DNA of 26,658 nt from Candidatus Hadarchaeales archaeon (GTDB lineage: Archaea > Hadarchaeota > Hadarchaeia > Hadarchaeales > JAWBSP01), in the NCBI GenBank assembly GCA_038842485.1, contig JAWBSP010000017.1, positions 1 through 26,658 of the forward strand. The letters run 5' to 3'. The position numbers were made by a program, and so were the translations under genes. Below are positions 5,554 to 14,931 of the stretch, one piece after another (the first letter of the stretch is position 1; each line of letters starts with the position of its first letter). Below the pieces are notes generated by a model, which saw only the letters and a program-made list of their open reading frames with translations, was not told where the DNA came from and did not search any database.

Positions 5554-7953
5554 ATGCTCGGCGGTTACCTCGGAAGGCTTCTGGAGTTCGATCTTACCTC
5601 GGGTGAGGGAAGAACTCTCGAGTTGAGCAAGTCCCTAGCGTACAATTACCTCGGCGGTCGGGGCGTGGGGATCAAGCTCCTCTACGACCGGCTGCCACCT
5701 CGCCTAGATCCCCTCTCCCCGGAAAACGAGCTGGTCTTCATGACCGGTCCCCTCGCCGGAAGCGGGTTCCCGGGATCGGCCAGAATATCGGTGTGTTCAA
5801 AGTCCCCGCTCACGGGCACCATCTTCCCGAGCTCCATGGGCGGCTCCTTTGGGGCTTTCCTGAAGGCCTCGGGTTTTGACGGGCTTGTGGTGAGGGGGAG
5901 GTCGAATAAGCCTGTCATTTTGGTGGTGGAGGACGGTGAGGCTCGGGTGGAGGATGCCACCGATCTATGGGGGAAATCGACTTCGGAAACGGAGGAGGAG
6001 CTAAGGTCGAGGTACCCGCACGCGGGGATAGCGGAGATCGGTCCCGCCGGCGAAAACCTCTCCCCCCTCGCCTGTATCAACTCGGAGGGCAGGGCGGCGG
6101 GAAGGGGCGGGCTGGGCTCGGTGGCTGGGTCCAAGAGGCTGAAGGCGGTGGTGGTTAGGGGGAGGCAGAGGGTGAGGATATCCCACGAGGAGGCCTTCAG
6201 GAGAATCTGCGAGCGAATCCGCAGAACCATAGAATCCCATCCCGTTTCGGGAAAGGACGGCTCGTTGGCGAGGTTCGGGACGGCCATGCTCGTTCACAGG
6301 ATCACCGCGGCGGGGATTCTGCCCGTGAGGGACTTTTCTGGTGAAAGGGTTGATTTCTCGGGCGTGGACGGTTTTTCCGGCGAGACGATAAGGGAAAGAT
6401 TTCTGGTGAAGAGGAGAGGCTGCTTCGCCTGCCCCACCTCCTGCGGAAGGGTGGTGAGATACGGGGGGCAAGAAGTCAAGGGGGCGGAGTACGAGAGCAT
6501 CGTCATGCTGGGGCCCAACTCGGACTTCTGGGATTATGAGCGCGAAATCCTCCCCCTCTCCCTTCTCTGCGACGAGCTGGGCATGGACACCATCTCGGCA
6601 GGGGTGCTTCTGGGGCGCGCGAGAAGAAAGGGGGAGGTCCGGAACTTGGAGGAGGCCCGAGAATTCCTGAAAAGACTGGCGGTGGGAAAGAGGGTGCCCG
6701 AGGAGCCAGCACTTCCCCAGGTTAAGGGTCTGGGTCTTCCCGCCTACGATCCGAGGGGTGTGTGGGGAATGGCCCTGGCCTATGCCACCTCCACGAGGGG
6801 GGCCTGCCACCTGCAGGCGTATCTCATCGGGCCGGAGATTTTGAGCATTCCAGAGTACGTGAACCCGGCAAGCAGGATAGGAAAGGCAAGACTGGTGAGG
6901 CGGATGCAGGATGCCTTTGCGGTGCTCGACAGCCTTGTGGTATGCAAGTACTACTTCCCGGCTCTCTTCACGAGTCTCGAGTTCGAGCTGGATGAACTGG
7001 CTACCCTGCTCACCGCCCTCACGGGCTGGAGATGGACGGGGGAGTATCTCCACGAGGTTGGTTCGAGGATCTTCGCCACCGAGAGGCTCTTCAACCTGCG
7101 GGAGGGTTTCGGGCCCGAGCAAGACCGTCTCCCAGAAAGATTTGGCATGGACCTCTCCTCCCTTCTTTCAGAGTACTACAGGGAGAGAGGATGGAGCGAG
7201 GAGGGGGTCCCGGCACCCATGCCTGAGCGCGAGCCGGTGGTGGCCGAAAGGGTCGAGTTACCGCTAAGCCCGCTTGAGAGGCTGAGCCCGCCGGAGTTGC
7301 AGGTGGCGCTGGATCTGGATGCGGATCTCCAGACAGTGGTTGAGATAGCCAGGGCAGCATACGAGGGTGGGGCGAGGGTCATCGAGGCCGGAACCCCCAA
7401 CATAAAGAGACACGGGGTGGAAAACCTCCTGCCGGCCCTCCGCTCCGCCTGTCCGGAGGCCGTGCTGGTGGCGGACATGAAGACCATGGATGTGGGGAAC
7501 TTGGAGGCAAGGATAGCCTTCAGGAAGGGCGCGGATGTGGTGGCTGTGATGGGAATTGGCGGAAAGACGAAGATTCTGGAGGCATTCGGCGAGGCGAGCA
7601 GGAGGGAAAAGGCGATCCTCATCGACCTTCTCGACTGTCCAGATCCCCTCTCCAAAATCGAGGAGCTGGTGGGGGAGTTCCGGGGAGGGGAGAAGACGGT
7701 GGCCTTCTGCCTCCACCGTGGGATAAGCGAGCAGCTGAAGGGGAGGGGAATATACGAGCAGACCCAGCTGATAAGGGAGGCAAAGAGGAGGGCGGGAAAG
7801 TTTCTCCTTTTTGTGGCGGGGGGGATAAAGGCGGGCGTGGCCAGAGAGGTGGTGAGGTCGGGGGCGGATGTCTGCATCGTTGGGAGCGCGATTTACAACT
7901 CGGCCGATCCTCGGGAGTCAGCCCGGAGGATTCTTGAGGAGATCAGGGGATGA
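5554..7953 (+). CDS. Aldehyde:ferredoxin oxidoreductase (W/Mo-bis-pterin) fused to a C-terminal 3-hexulose-6-phosphate synthase/KGPDC-family domain
   Basis: AOR: GGRG, KSPLTG, GRGGLG..GSKRLKA, CFACPTSC, EYES, DELGMDTIS, RGACHL, ERLFNLREG. From about 7290: LQVALD, IEAGTP, DMKTMD, LHRGI, VAGGI, IVGSAI. One open frame; the start is taken as ATG 5554, not 5329. Confidence 0.92.
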   Translation: MLGGYLGRLLEFDLTSGEGRTLELSKSLAYNYLGGRGVGIKLLYDRLPPRLDPLSPENELVFMTGPLAGSGFPGSARISVCSKSPLTGTIFPSSMGGSFGAFLKASGFDGLVVRGRSNKPVILVVEDGEARVEDATDLWGKSTSETEEELRSRYPHAGIAEIGPAGENLSPLACINSEGRAAGRGGLGSVAGSKRLKAVVVRGRQRVRISHEEAFRRICERIRRTIESHPVSGKDGSLARFGTAMLVHRITAAGILPVRDFSGERVDFSGVDGFSGETIRERFLVKRRGCFACPTSCGRVVRYGGQEVKGAEYESIVMLGPNSDFWDYEREILPLSLLCDELGMDTISAGVLLGRARRKGEVRNLEEAREFLKRLAVGKRVPEEPALPQVKGLGLPAYDPRGVWGMALAYATSTRGACHLQAYLIGPEILSIPEYVNPASRIGKARLVRRMQDAFAVLDSLVVCKYYFPALFTSLEFELDELATLLTALTGWRWTGEYLHEVGSRIFATERLFNLREGFGPEQDRLPERFGMDLSSLLSEYYRERGWSEEGVPAPMPEREPVVAERVELPLSPLERLSPPELQVALDLDADLQTVVEIARAAYEGGARVIEAGTPNIKRHGVENLLPALRSACPEAVLVADMKTMDVGNLEARIAFRKGADVVAVMGIGGKTKILEAFGEASRREKAILIDLLDCPDPLSKIEELVGEFRGGEKTVAFCLHRGISEQLKGRGIYEQTQLIREAKRRAGKFLLFVAGGIKAGVAREVVRSGADVCIVGSAIYNSADPRESARRILEEIRG

Positions 7954-8700
7954 GGAGAGTTCGGTGAGTCTCCTCACGATGAGGGAGAGGCAATCCGAGA
8001 GGTTTCTCCGGTTATCGAATCGTTCTACAATCCCCTCAAGTTCCCCCATTCTGTGCCGGAGGTCCCTGGCAAACCTCACCATGAGGGGAACGGCCCGAAC
8101 GATGTTGTCCACGATGGTGATGTCGGCCGATAGGGAGGTCCTGGAGAGCGGGTTGAGGTCGATGGCAACAACCTTCTTGCCGAGCTTTTTGAGGGCCTGA
8201 GTCCTGTCCCCATCCTCCAGGGGCACCAGCACCACATCGGCGGCGGCTATCCCCCTGCGGTCCACCCTCCTCCGATTGCTGTGAATCTCCTCGATGGTTG
8301 TCCAGTGCTCCGGATCCACCCCCAGGATGCTCTTCGCTCCATAGCTCCTGAGCAGGCTCGCGATCTTCCGCTCCCTCCGCCGCGAGGAATGAAAGAGATT
8401 GACCTCGAGAGCAGCGTTGCAGAGACTGGCAAGCCTCACGAGTTCTCGGCCCGCTAGGGCGGCAGCGTTACCGTTGATTGAGATGACCGGCTTTTTGGCG
8501 AGTAGGAGAAGGGCGGTTCCAGCCTCCGCCGCTTTTCTGGCAGGTTCGAGCGTTTTCTCCCCCAGTAGATAGTCAAAGGCCTCTCCCCTTCCGTGCGCCG
8601 CCAGTCCCTCGGGAACCACTATGCCCTCCTCGAAGGCTTCAGCGAGTTTCCTCCTTATCCTCAGGGACTCGGCCCGTGGGTGGGCTGGTGAAATCTCCAT
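7918..8700 (-). CDS. pps: 4-phosphopantoate--beta-alanine ligase (archaeal phosphopantothenate synthetase)
   Basis: HPRAESL, AHGRGEAFDYLLGE, SINGN, VPLEDGDR and IDLNPLSRT motifs. Confidence 0.93.
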   Translation of the reverse strand: MEISPAHPRAESLRIRRKLAEAFEEGIVVPEGLAAHGRGEAFDYLLGEKTLEPARKAAEAGTALLLLAKKPVISINGNAAALAGRELVRLASLCNAALEVNLFHSSRRRERKIASLLRSYGAKSILGVDPEHWTTIEEIHSNRRRVDRRGIAAADVVLVPLEDGDRTQALKKLGKKVVAIDLNPLSRTSLSADITIVDNIVRAVPLMVRFARDLRHRMGELEGIVERFDNRRNLSDCLSLIVRRLTELSSSPDLLKNPPG

Positions 8701-8773
8701 TCAAACGGAAGTACTAACCCCCATAAAAAAGAGTTTTTGGCAGTGAAGTTAAAAGCGGAGGAGGAAGAATACG

Positions 8774-9679
8774 ATGACAGTTTCGGTGACGAGGCTGGTT
8801 CTCCTCCTTGCATTCGTTGGGTGTCTGATTGCCGCTGCGAGGGTGGAAGTTCCTGCACAGAGGGCGGTCGCTCTTGCCGCCGCTGTCGTCCTGCTGGCCA
8901 CTCTTTACCTCTACCAGCCCAAGCCACCCCCACTCCCCTCCCAGAGGCTCCCCGTTGAGGACTTCACCGTGTGGGTGGAGACGGGGGGCGCGCTTTCGAG
9001 GCTAGTCGGTTTGGATCCGCAGGAACTCAGGCAGGCGGCCCAGCTGGCGAGGGAGGATTTCCGGGACCTGTCTGCGAACCTGGAACTCTTGGCTTCGAGG
9101 TTGGGCATCTTGGCGGAGAGGGGACACGGGGAGGTCAGCGGTCTGAGGGAGCTGAGCCTCGAGGTGATGAGAAGGGTGGAGGTCCTGTCCAGGGAATTTC
9201 CTGAGTTTCCGGGAAGGGCGCTGGAAAAGAAGGACTTCCTCCTCTCCACCCTAGAGCATTCCTCCACCGACATGGGATATCTTTCAGAGAGACTTTCAGA
9301 ACTCTGCAGGGTCAAGCCACCCGATGTCTCAACCCTCCTCGCCCAGTTGCAGAGGCAGGCGGAAAAAATGAAGGAGAGCTTCCGGGTGGCCAAGTCCAAT
9401 CTAGCATCCCTCCTCGAGAGGGTCAAACCACCTGCTCCCCAACCCGTCCTGCTGGTTCCCCTGCCGGAGGTTCCGAAGCCAGCCCCTCCCCCCGAGGAGA
9501 AACCTGAGGAAAAGCCGTCTCAAGTGGTTGGGCAACCGCCCGAGGCTCCCCCAGAGGCAGCAAAAGCTGGGGAGCAAAAACCAGAGACTCCGTCCGAGGA
9601 AGCGAAGCCCACCTCTGGGGCAAAACCCGAGGAAAAAGAGTCCCAGCAAGCCCCAGCCGAGGTTGCCCTAGGCGGATGA
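8774..9679 (+). CDS. Hypothetical membrane-anchored helical/coiled-coil protein with a Pro/Glu/Lys/Ala-rich disordered tail
   Basis: Two N-terminal hydrophobic helices, a Leu/Glu/Arg-rich core and a low-complexity tail; GGAGG upstream; ATGA overlap with the next gene. Confidence 0.7.
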   Translation: MTVSVTRLVLLLAFVGCLIAAARVEVPAQRAVALAAAVVLLATLYLYQPKPPPLPSQRLPVEDFTVWVETGGALSRLVGLDPQELRQAAQLAREDFRDLSANLELLASRLGILAERGHGEVSGLRELSLEVMRRVEVLSREFPEFPGRALEKKDFLLSTLEHSSTDMGYLSERLSELCRVKPPDVSTLLAQLQRQAEKMKESFRVAKSNLASLLERVKPPAPQPVLLVPLPEVPKPAPPPEEKPEEKPSQVVGQPPEAPPEAAKAGEQKPETPSEEAKPTSGAKPEEKESQQAPAEVALGG

Positions 9680-10911
9680 AACCACACGTAAATCTGGTCT
9701 TCATTGGGCATGTGGATCACGGCAAATCGACCACCATTGGAAGACTCCTCTACGATCTCGGTCTCATAACCGACAAGGATCTTTCTCCGGAGGCGGGGAG
9801 CTCCAGGTTCGCCTGGGTGATGGACAGGGAGAGAGAGGAGAGGGAGAGGGGAGTGACGATCGGGATTGCCTACCAGAAGATAGAGACGGAAAAGAATCTC
9901 ATAACCATCATCGATGCTCCTGGGCACAGGGACTTCGTCAAAAATATGATAACGGGGGCCAGCCAGGCGGACGCGGGGGTTCTGGTGGTGGCGGCAGATG
10001 ACGGCATCATGCCCCAGACCCGGGAGCACGCCGCCCTGGCCTTCACGCTGGGGGTGAACCAGCTCGTGGTGGTGATAAACAAGATGGACCTGGTGGGGTA
10101 CGAGAAGAGTGTGTACGAAAGGCTGAAGGGGGAGGTGGCATCCCTGCTTGCTGGGATTGGGTACAAGGGTGCTGAGAACTTCCCCTTCATCCCCGTGGCA
10201 TCCTTCCACGGGGAGAATCTCGTCAAGCCCAGCCCGAAGATGACATGGTACAGCGGTCCTACCCTGCTTCAAGCCCTAGAGGCACTTCGGGAGCCGGAAA
10301 AACCGGTGGACAAGCCCCTCCGGATTCCCGTGCAGAACGTCTACTCCATCTCGGGTGTCGGGACGGTTCCGATTGGAAGGGTGGAGACCGGGGTGCTGGA
10401 GGTGGGGGATGTGGTGGTTTTCCAGCCCTCGGGGAAGAGCGGGGAGGTGAGGTCTATAGAGATGCATCACCAGCCCAGACCCAAGGCCCTCCCAGGGGAC
10501 AACATAGGTTTCAACGTGAGGGGCCTGACCAAAGCGGATATCTCCAGAGGGGACGTGGCTGGACACCCGGAGAACCCTCCGACCGTGGTCAGGGAGTTCC
10601 TGGCAAGGATAATAGTCCTGACCGTCCCTGGGGAAATCTCCCCCGGTTTCACCCCCAGCATTCATTGCCACACCGCCGATGCCCCCGGAACCATCTCCGA
10701 GCTGCTGAAGAAGATCGACCCCAAAAGTGGGGGTGTTCTGGAGGAGCGGCCGCAAAGCCTGAGGAAGGGGGAGGCAGGGGTGGTCAAAATCTCCCTTCTC
10801 AAACCTATGGTTCTGGAGAGAGTGGCGGAGTTTCCCCAGCTCGGGAGGTTCGCCATCAGACACGGCGGGCAGACCATCGGGGCGGGTATCTGCACGGAGA
10901 TTTTGAGCTAG
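9676..10911 (+). CDS. tuf: Translation elongation factor 1-alpha-like GTPase, probably a divergent paralog
   Basis: GHVDHGKS, RERGVTI, DAPGHRDF, NKMD, EMHH and GDNIGFNV motifs; shortened helix A*/A' region. Confidence 0.9.
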   Translation: MKPHVNLVFIGHVDHGKSTTIGRLLYDLGLITDKDLSPEAGSSRFAWVMDREREERERGVTIGIAYQKIETEKNLITIIDAPGHRDFVKNMITGASQADAGVLVVAADDGIMPQTREHAALAFTLGVNQLVVVINKMDLVGYEKSVYERLKGEVASLLAGIGYKGAENFPFIPVASFHGENLVKPSPKMTWYSGPTLLQALEALREPEKPVDKPLRIPVQNVYSISGVGTVPIGRVETGVLEVGDVVVFQPSGKSGEVRSIEMHHQPRPKALPGDNIGFNVRGLTKADISRGDVAGHPENPPTVVREFLARIIVLTVPGEISPGFTPSIHCHTADAPGTISELLKKIDPKSGGVLEERPQSLRKGEAGVVKISLLKPMVLERVAEFPQLGRFAIRHGGQTIGAGICTEILS

Positions 10912-10943
10912 AACTAGATTACTCGGGTGTCGGTAACTGTTGG

Positions 10944-13787
10944 ATGAGCTCTTTTGACTTATTGGCTCCCCCCATCAGAAGGCTGCTTGCCGAGAGGGGA
11001 TTTGATCAGCCCACCCTCCCGCAGGAGAGGGCGATTCCAGAAATACTGAAGGGAAAAAATGTTCTGCTCATAGCCCCGGCAGGTAGTGGCAAAACGGAAG
11101 CGGCTTTTCTCCCGGTTCTTCACCAGATGCTATACCTTCCGAGGGAGAGGGGGATCAAGCTCCTGTATATTACCCCGCTGAGGGCGCTGAACAGGGACAT
11201 GCTGGAGAGGCTGGAGTGGTGGTGCAAGTCCCTAGACTTCAGGATCTCGGTCAGACATGGGGACACGGAGGCGAGGGAGAGGAGGATCCAAGCGCTAGTG
11301 CCTCCCGACATAATGATAACCACTCCCGAGACCTTCCAAATCCTGCTGCTGGGCAGGAGGCTCAGCGAGTTCCTGAAACCCCTGCGGTGGGTGGTGGTGG
11401 ACGAGGTGCATGAGCTGGCGGAGAGCAAGAGGGGGGCCCAGCTTTCCCTCACGCTGGAGAGGCTGCGGGAGGTGGTGGGGAGGGAGCTGCAGCTTGTGGG
11501 GCTTTCTGCCACCATCGGTTCCCCCGAGGAAGTGGCTAGGTTTCTGGTGGGTGTCGGGAGACCTTGTGAGGTTCTGGATGTGAGCGTGGCCAAGCGCATG
11601 GAAATCGAGGTCGTCTATCCCCGGGTGAGGAAGGAGGATGTCCAGCTGGCGGAGAAACTCTACTCCTTCCCCGAGGTGGCGGCGAGGTTGAGGGCGATGA
11701 GGGAACTCATGGAGGGCCAGAGGTCGGTTCTCATCTTCACTAACACCAGACCCATGGCCGAGATCCTGTCGAGCAGGTTCAGGCTTTGGGATGTGGAGGC
11801 CCCACTGGCTGTTCACCACGGTTCGCTCTCGGGAGCGGTGAGGGTCAGGGCTGAGAAGGCTCTCAAGGCGGGGGAAATTCGGTACCTGATTTGCACCTCT
11901 TCCTTGGAGCTCGGGCTGGACATAGGCACGGTGGATCTGGTGATTCAGTACAACTCACCCAGACAGGTCACCAGGCTGGTGCAGAGGGTTGGAAGGGCGG
12001 GGCACAGGCTGACCGAGGTTTCGAGGGGGAGAATCGTGGCACTAGATCCCGAGGATGCCCTAGAGTCGATTGTTATAGCGGCGAAGGCGCGGAGGGGTGA
12101 GCTGGAACCCGTGAAGGTCCCTGAAAAACCCCTCGATGTTCTCCTGCACTCCCTCGTGGCCCTGCTTGGGGAGAGGAGGACGGTGAGCGTGGAGCAGGCA
12201 CTCAAAATCTTCAGGAGGGCTCATCCCTTCCGCAACCTTACCCGTGAAGACATACTCCGGGTGCTGGAATTCGCCCAGAGTCTGGAGCGGAGGCTGCTGA
12301 GGGTCTCGGATGGAGAATACTCCAGACCCCTGTCCTCCCAACGGACCTTCAACTACTATTACCAGAACCTTTCCATGATTCCGGAGCTCAAGCAGTACTT
12401 GGTGGTGGAGGATGAGACGAGCAACCCCGTCGGAATCTTGGACGAGTCTTTTGTGGCCGAGTACGGGGAGCCGGGAACCAAGTTCATCATGGCAGGCAGA
12501 CCATGGAGGATTCTCCAGATTTTCAGGGACAGGATTTACGTTAAGAAGGAGGAGGACCCGCTGGGATGCGTTCCCACCTGGATAGGTGAGGAAATACCCG
12601 TTCCCTTCTCGGTGGCACAGGAGGTGGGCAGAATCAGGTCTAGGGTGGAAAGGGAGGGGGCGGGGGTTCTGGATCATCTGGCCCAGGAGTACTCGGTTGC
12701 GAAGGAGGTGCTGGAGTCCTCTCTGGGGGAGGTGCTCAAGCAGGCGGAGGAGGGAATCCCGCTTCCCACTGAGAGCAGGATTACGGTCGAGCAGGTTGGT
12801 GAGTTCTGCGTGGTGGGGGCATGCTTCGGTTCCCTAGTCAACCGGACGCTCGCCAGACTGATGGCTCACCTCCTCTCCGAGCTCACGGGGGGAAGCGTTG
12901 CGATAACCACAGACCCCTACAAGATTGTCCTCCGCTCCGAACTTCTGAACCACCAGCAGGTTTTGGAAATCCTCAGGAACAGACCGCTGGAGGAGCTGAG
13001 ATCCGCGCTGAAGGAGGCGGTGGAGCGCAGCCACTTTTTCGCCTGGAGGCTCGTGCAGGTGGCTAAAAGGATGGGGGTGCTGGACAGGGAGGCGGAGATC
13101 ACCGCCCCGGTGGTGCAAAAGCTTCAGACCGCTCTCAGGGCAACCCCAGCCCACCAGGAGGCGTACAGGGAGGTGGTGGAGAAGGACTTGGATGTGGAGC
13201 AGACTTTCAGGGTTCTGGAGAAAATAAGGGAAGGGGAGGTGGAGGTTGTGGATCTCGGGAAGAGGAAGGAACCCACTCCCGTTGCCTCCCTCTTCTGGAA
13301 GCAGCCGGCCTTCTATCTGGAACCGGTCGCACCCAAGCGCATGAGGGCCCTCATCCTAGCCTCGGCTAGGGCCAGATTGGTGAGCGAGGTGAGGGTTCTC
13401 GCCTGTGTGGAGTGCCTCCAGTACGTCGAGGAGAAGAAAATGTACGAGCTGGATGAGAGGCCGAGCTGCCCGCTCTGCGGATCCAGGAGGCTGGGAATGG
13501 CTGACTCCACTGAGGAGGAGGTGAGGGAGGCGCTCGAACTGCGGAGGAAGGGGAGGTCGACCAAGCTATGGAGGGAGCTGCTGGGGAGTGCCAAGTTGCT
13601 CGAAAGGGGTGGGAAGCTTGCGGCGCTAGCGCTGGCTGGGAGGGGGGTGAGACCCGAGGCCGCGCAGCGTATTCTCTCGGCGGCGGGAGAGTTTGGCGAC
13701 AGGTTCATCGAGCTTGTGGTGGAGGAGGAGAGGAGGGCCCTCTTCAGGTCCTTTCTGAGCGGGCGGAGCTCCCTAAAGCCCGAGTAG
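10944..13787 (+). CDS. lhr: Lhr-family SF2 ATP-dependent helicase with a C-terminal Cys4 zinc motif
   Basis: APAGSGKT, TPLRALNRD, DEVH, SAT, HHGSL, SLELGLD, QRVGRAGH, CVEC/CPLC; start taken as ATG 10944. Confidence 0.93.
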   Translation: MSSFDLLAPPIRRLLAERGFDQPTLPQERAIPEILKGKNVLLIAPAGSGKTEAAFLPVLHQMLYLPRERGIKLLYITPLRALNRDMLERLEWWCKSLDFRISVRHGDTEARERRIQALVPPDIMITTPETFQILLLGRRLSEFLKPLRWVVVDEVHELAESKRGAQLSLTLERLREVVGRELQLVGLSATIGSPEEVARFLVGVGRPCEVLDVSVAKRMEIEVVYPRVRKEDVQLAEKLYSFPEVAARLRAMRELMEGQRSVLIFTNTRPMAEILSSRFRLWDVEAPLAVHHGSLSGAVRVRAEKALKAGEIRYLICTSSLELGLDIGTVDLVIQYNSPRQVTRLVQRVGRAGHRLTEVSRGRIVALDPEDALESIVIAAKARRGELEPVKVPEKPLDVLLHSLVALLGERRTVSVEQALKIFRRAHPFRNLTREDILRVLEFAQSLERRLLRVSDGEYSRPLSSQRTFNYYYQNLSMIPELKQYLVVEDETSNPVGILDESFVAEYGEPGTKFIMAGRPWRILQIFRDRIYVKKEEDPLGCVPTWIGEEIPVPFSVAQEVGRIRSRVEREGAGVLDHLAQEYSVAKEVLESSLGEVLKQAEEGIPLPTESRITVEQVGEFCVVGACFGSLVNRTLARLMAHLLSELTGGSVAITTDPYKIVLRSELLNHQQVLEILRNRPLEELRSALKEAVERSHFFAWRLVQVAKRMGVLDREAEITAPVVQKLQTALRATPAHQEAYREVVEKDLDVEQTFRVLEKIREGEVEVVDLGKRKEPTPVASLFWKQPAFYLEPVAPKRMRALILASARARLVSEVRVLACVECLQYVEEKKMYELDERPSCPLCGSRRLGMADSTEEEVREALELRRKGRSTKLWRELLGSAKLLERGGKLAALALAGRGVRPEAAQRILSAAGEFGDRFIELVVEEERRALFRSFLSGRSSLKPE

Positions 13788-14306
13788 TCTGGCCGCTAGG
13801 AGGAGTGAGGCCACCCCCGTGACATCACAGAAGGAGGTGATGAGGGGGGCCACCACGTTATCCGGGTCCAGCCCCTCCCTGAAGGAGATGAAGGCCAGCC
13901 AAGCCGAAACGAAGACGGAGAAGGCGGTCTGGAGGAGGCCAGCCAGTACGAATGCCGGGGCCAGGGACGAAAACCCCAGCGGCCGGAGAAAGAGGAGCAC
14001 CATGCCCACAAGGAGGAAGGAAAGTATTCCGGAGGTAAGCCCCGCCGAAAGGTTGAACCCGAGCTGTTTCCTACCCCCCTTTTCCCCGCTCAGGTGCAGA
14101 ACCGTTCCCATCCTCGACCCCACAATGCATCCAATGCTCCCACCCAGGTTATTGAGGGGCGGAACCAGGGCCACGAGCAGGGAGATCCTCATTATCCGCT
14201 CCAAATTGCCCTGGAGGAGGAAGCCAGCAAGTAGCGAAAAGACGGCAGCTATTAGAAGAATAAAATAGCACTCAAGCACGATTCTCCCTACAGTATAGGG
14301 CTTCAC
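13773..14306 (-). CDS. MgtE/SLC41 membrane-domain divalent cation transporter subunit
   Basis: GSRMGTVLHL and GLDPDNVVAPLITSFCD motifs. Confidence 0.85.
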   Translation of the reverse strand: MKPYTVGRIVLECYFILLIAAVFSLLAGFLLQGNLERIMRISLLVALVPPLNNLGGSIGCIVGSRMGTVLHLSGEKGGRKQLGFNLSAGLTSGILSFLLVGMVLLFLRPLGFSSLAPAFVLAGLLQTAFSVFVSAWLAFISFREGLDPDNVVAPLITSFCDVTGVASLLLAARLLGL

Positions 14307-14851
14307 CAGATCACCACCGCGAGCAGGATGGAAAAGAAGGTAAAGATGTCCCCCAGGGTCGTCATGACGGGTCCCGTGATGTTGTCAGGATCCCAACCCC
14401 TCCTGTAGGAGATGATGGAGAGGAGAACGGTGGTGAAGGTTATGAGGATTCCGGACACCACTGCGGAGAAGGTTGCGATGAAGAGCAAGCAGAGGAGCGA
14501 GACCCCCTGCAGGTCCATCAACAGGCAGAGGAAGCAGGAGAGCAGCCAGACCGTGATCGAGCCCAAAACGGAGAGGATGAGGGAGGAGAGGATGTTGGTC
14601 TTGAGGGCACGTGTCATGGCAAGCTTGGGCTTCACTATCCCGAGGTGGAGGGCGGTCCCCAGCCTGGAGGCCAGGGCCGATCCGATGTTTCCCCGAAGAT
14701 CCACCAAGGGAGGGATCATGACTAGGAGCCCCGGTAGAAGAACGAACTTCTCCTTCATGCTTTCAAGGATCCCCCCTGCGAAAAGCTCGAACAGGGTACA
14801 GAGGAAGAGGACGGGGACGGTCTGGCGGAGGATTTTTCCGGCGGCGTTCAT
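14303..14851 (-). CDS. MgtE/SLC41 membrane-domain divalent cation transporter subunit
   Basis: RGNIGSALASRLGTALHLG and GWDPDNITGPVMTTLGD motifs. Confidence 0.88.
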   Translation of the reverse strand: MNAAGKILRQTVPVLFLCTLFELFAGGILESMKEKFVLLPGLLVMIPPLVDLRGNIGSALASRLGTALHLGIVKPKLAMTRALKTNILSSLILSVLGSITVWLLSCFLCLLMDLQGVSLLCLLFIATFSAVVSGILITFTTVLLSIISYRRGWDPDNITGPVMTTLGDIFTFFSILLAVVIW

Positions 14852-14931
14852 TTCTTACTTGCCTACCTCACAAAACCCTTTACTCGGGCGATCATCCGGT
14901 TCGGCTCTAAACGCTTCCAGAGAAATAATGG

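Noticed and set aside
10245-10943. N-terminal extension of Lhr (1180-aa ORF)
   Set aside because: Out-of-frame overlap with EF-1alpha; Lhr homology starts at MSSFDLL (10944)
13773-14851. Tandem MgtE half-genes as a broken gene
   Set aside because: Both are intact with coupled start and stop; paired membrane-domain genes are common in archaea
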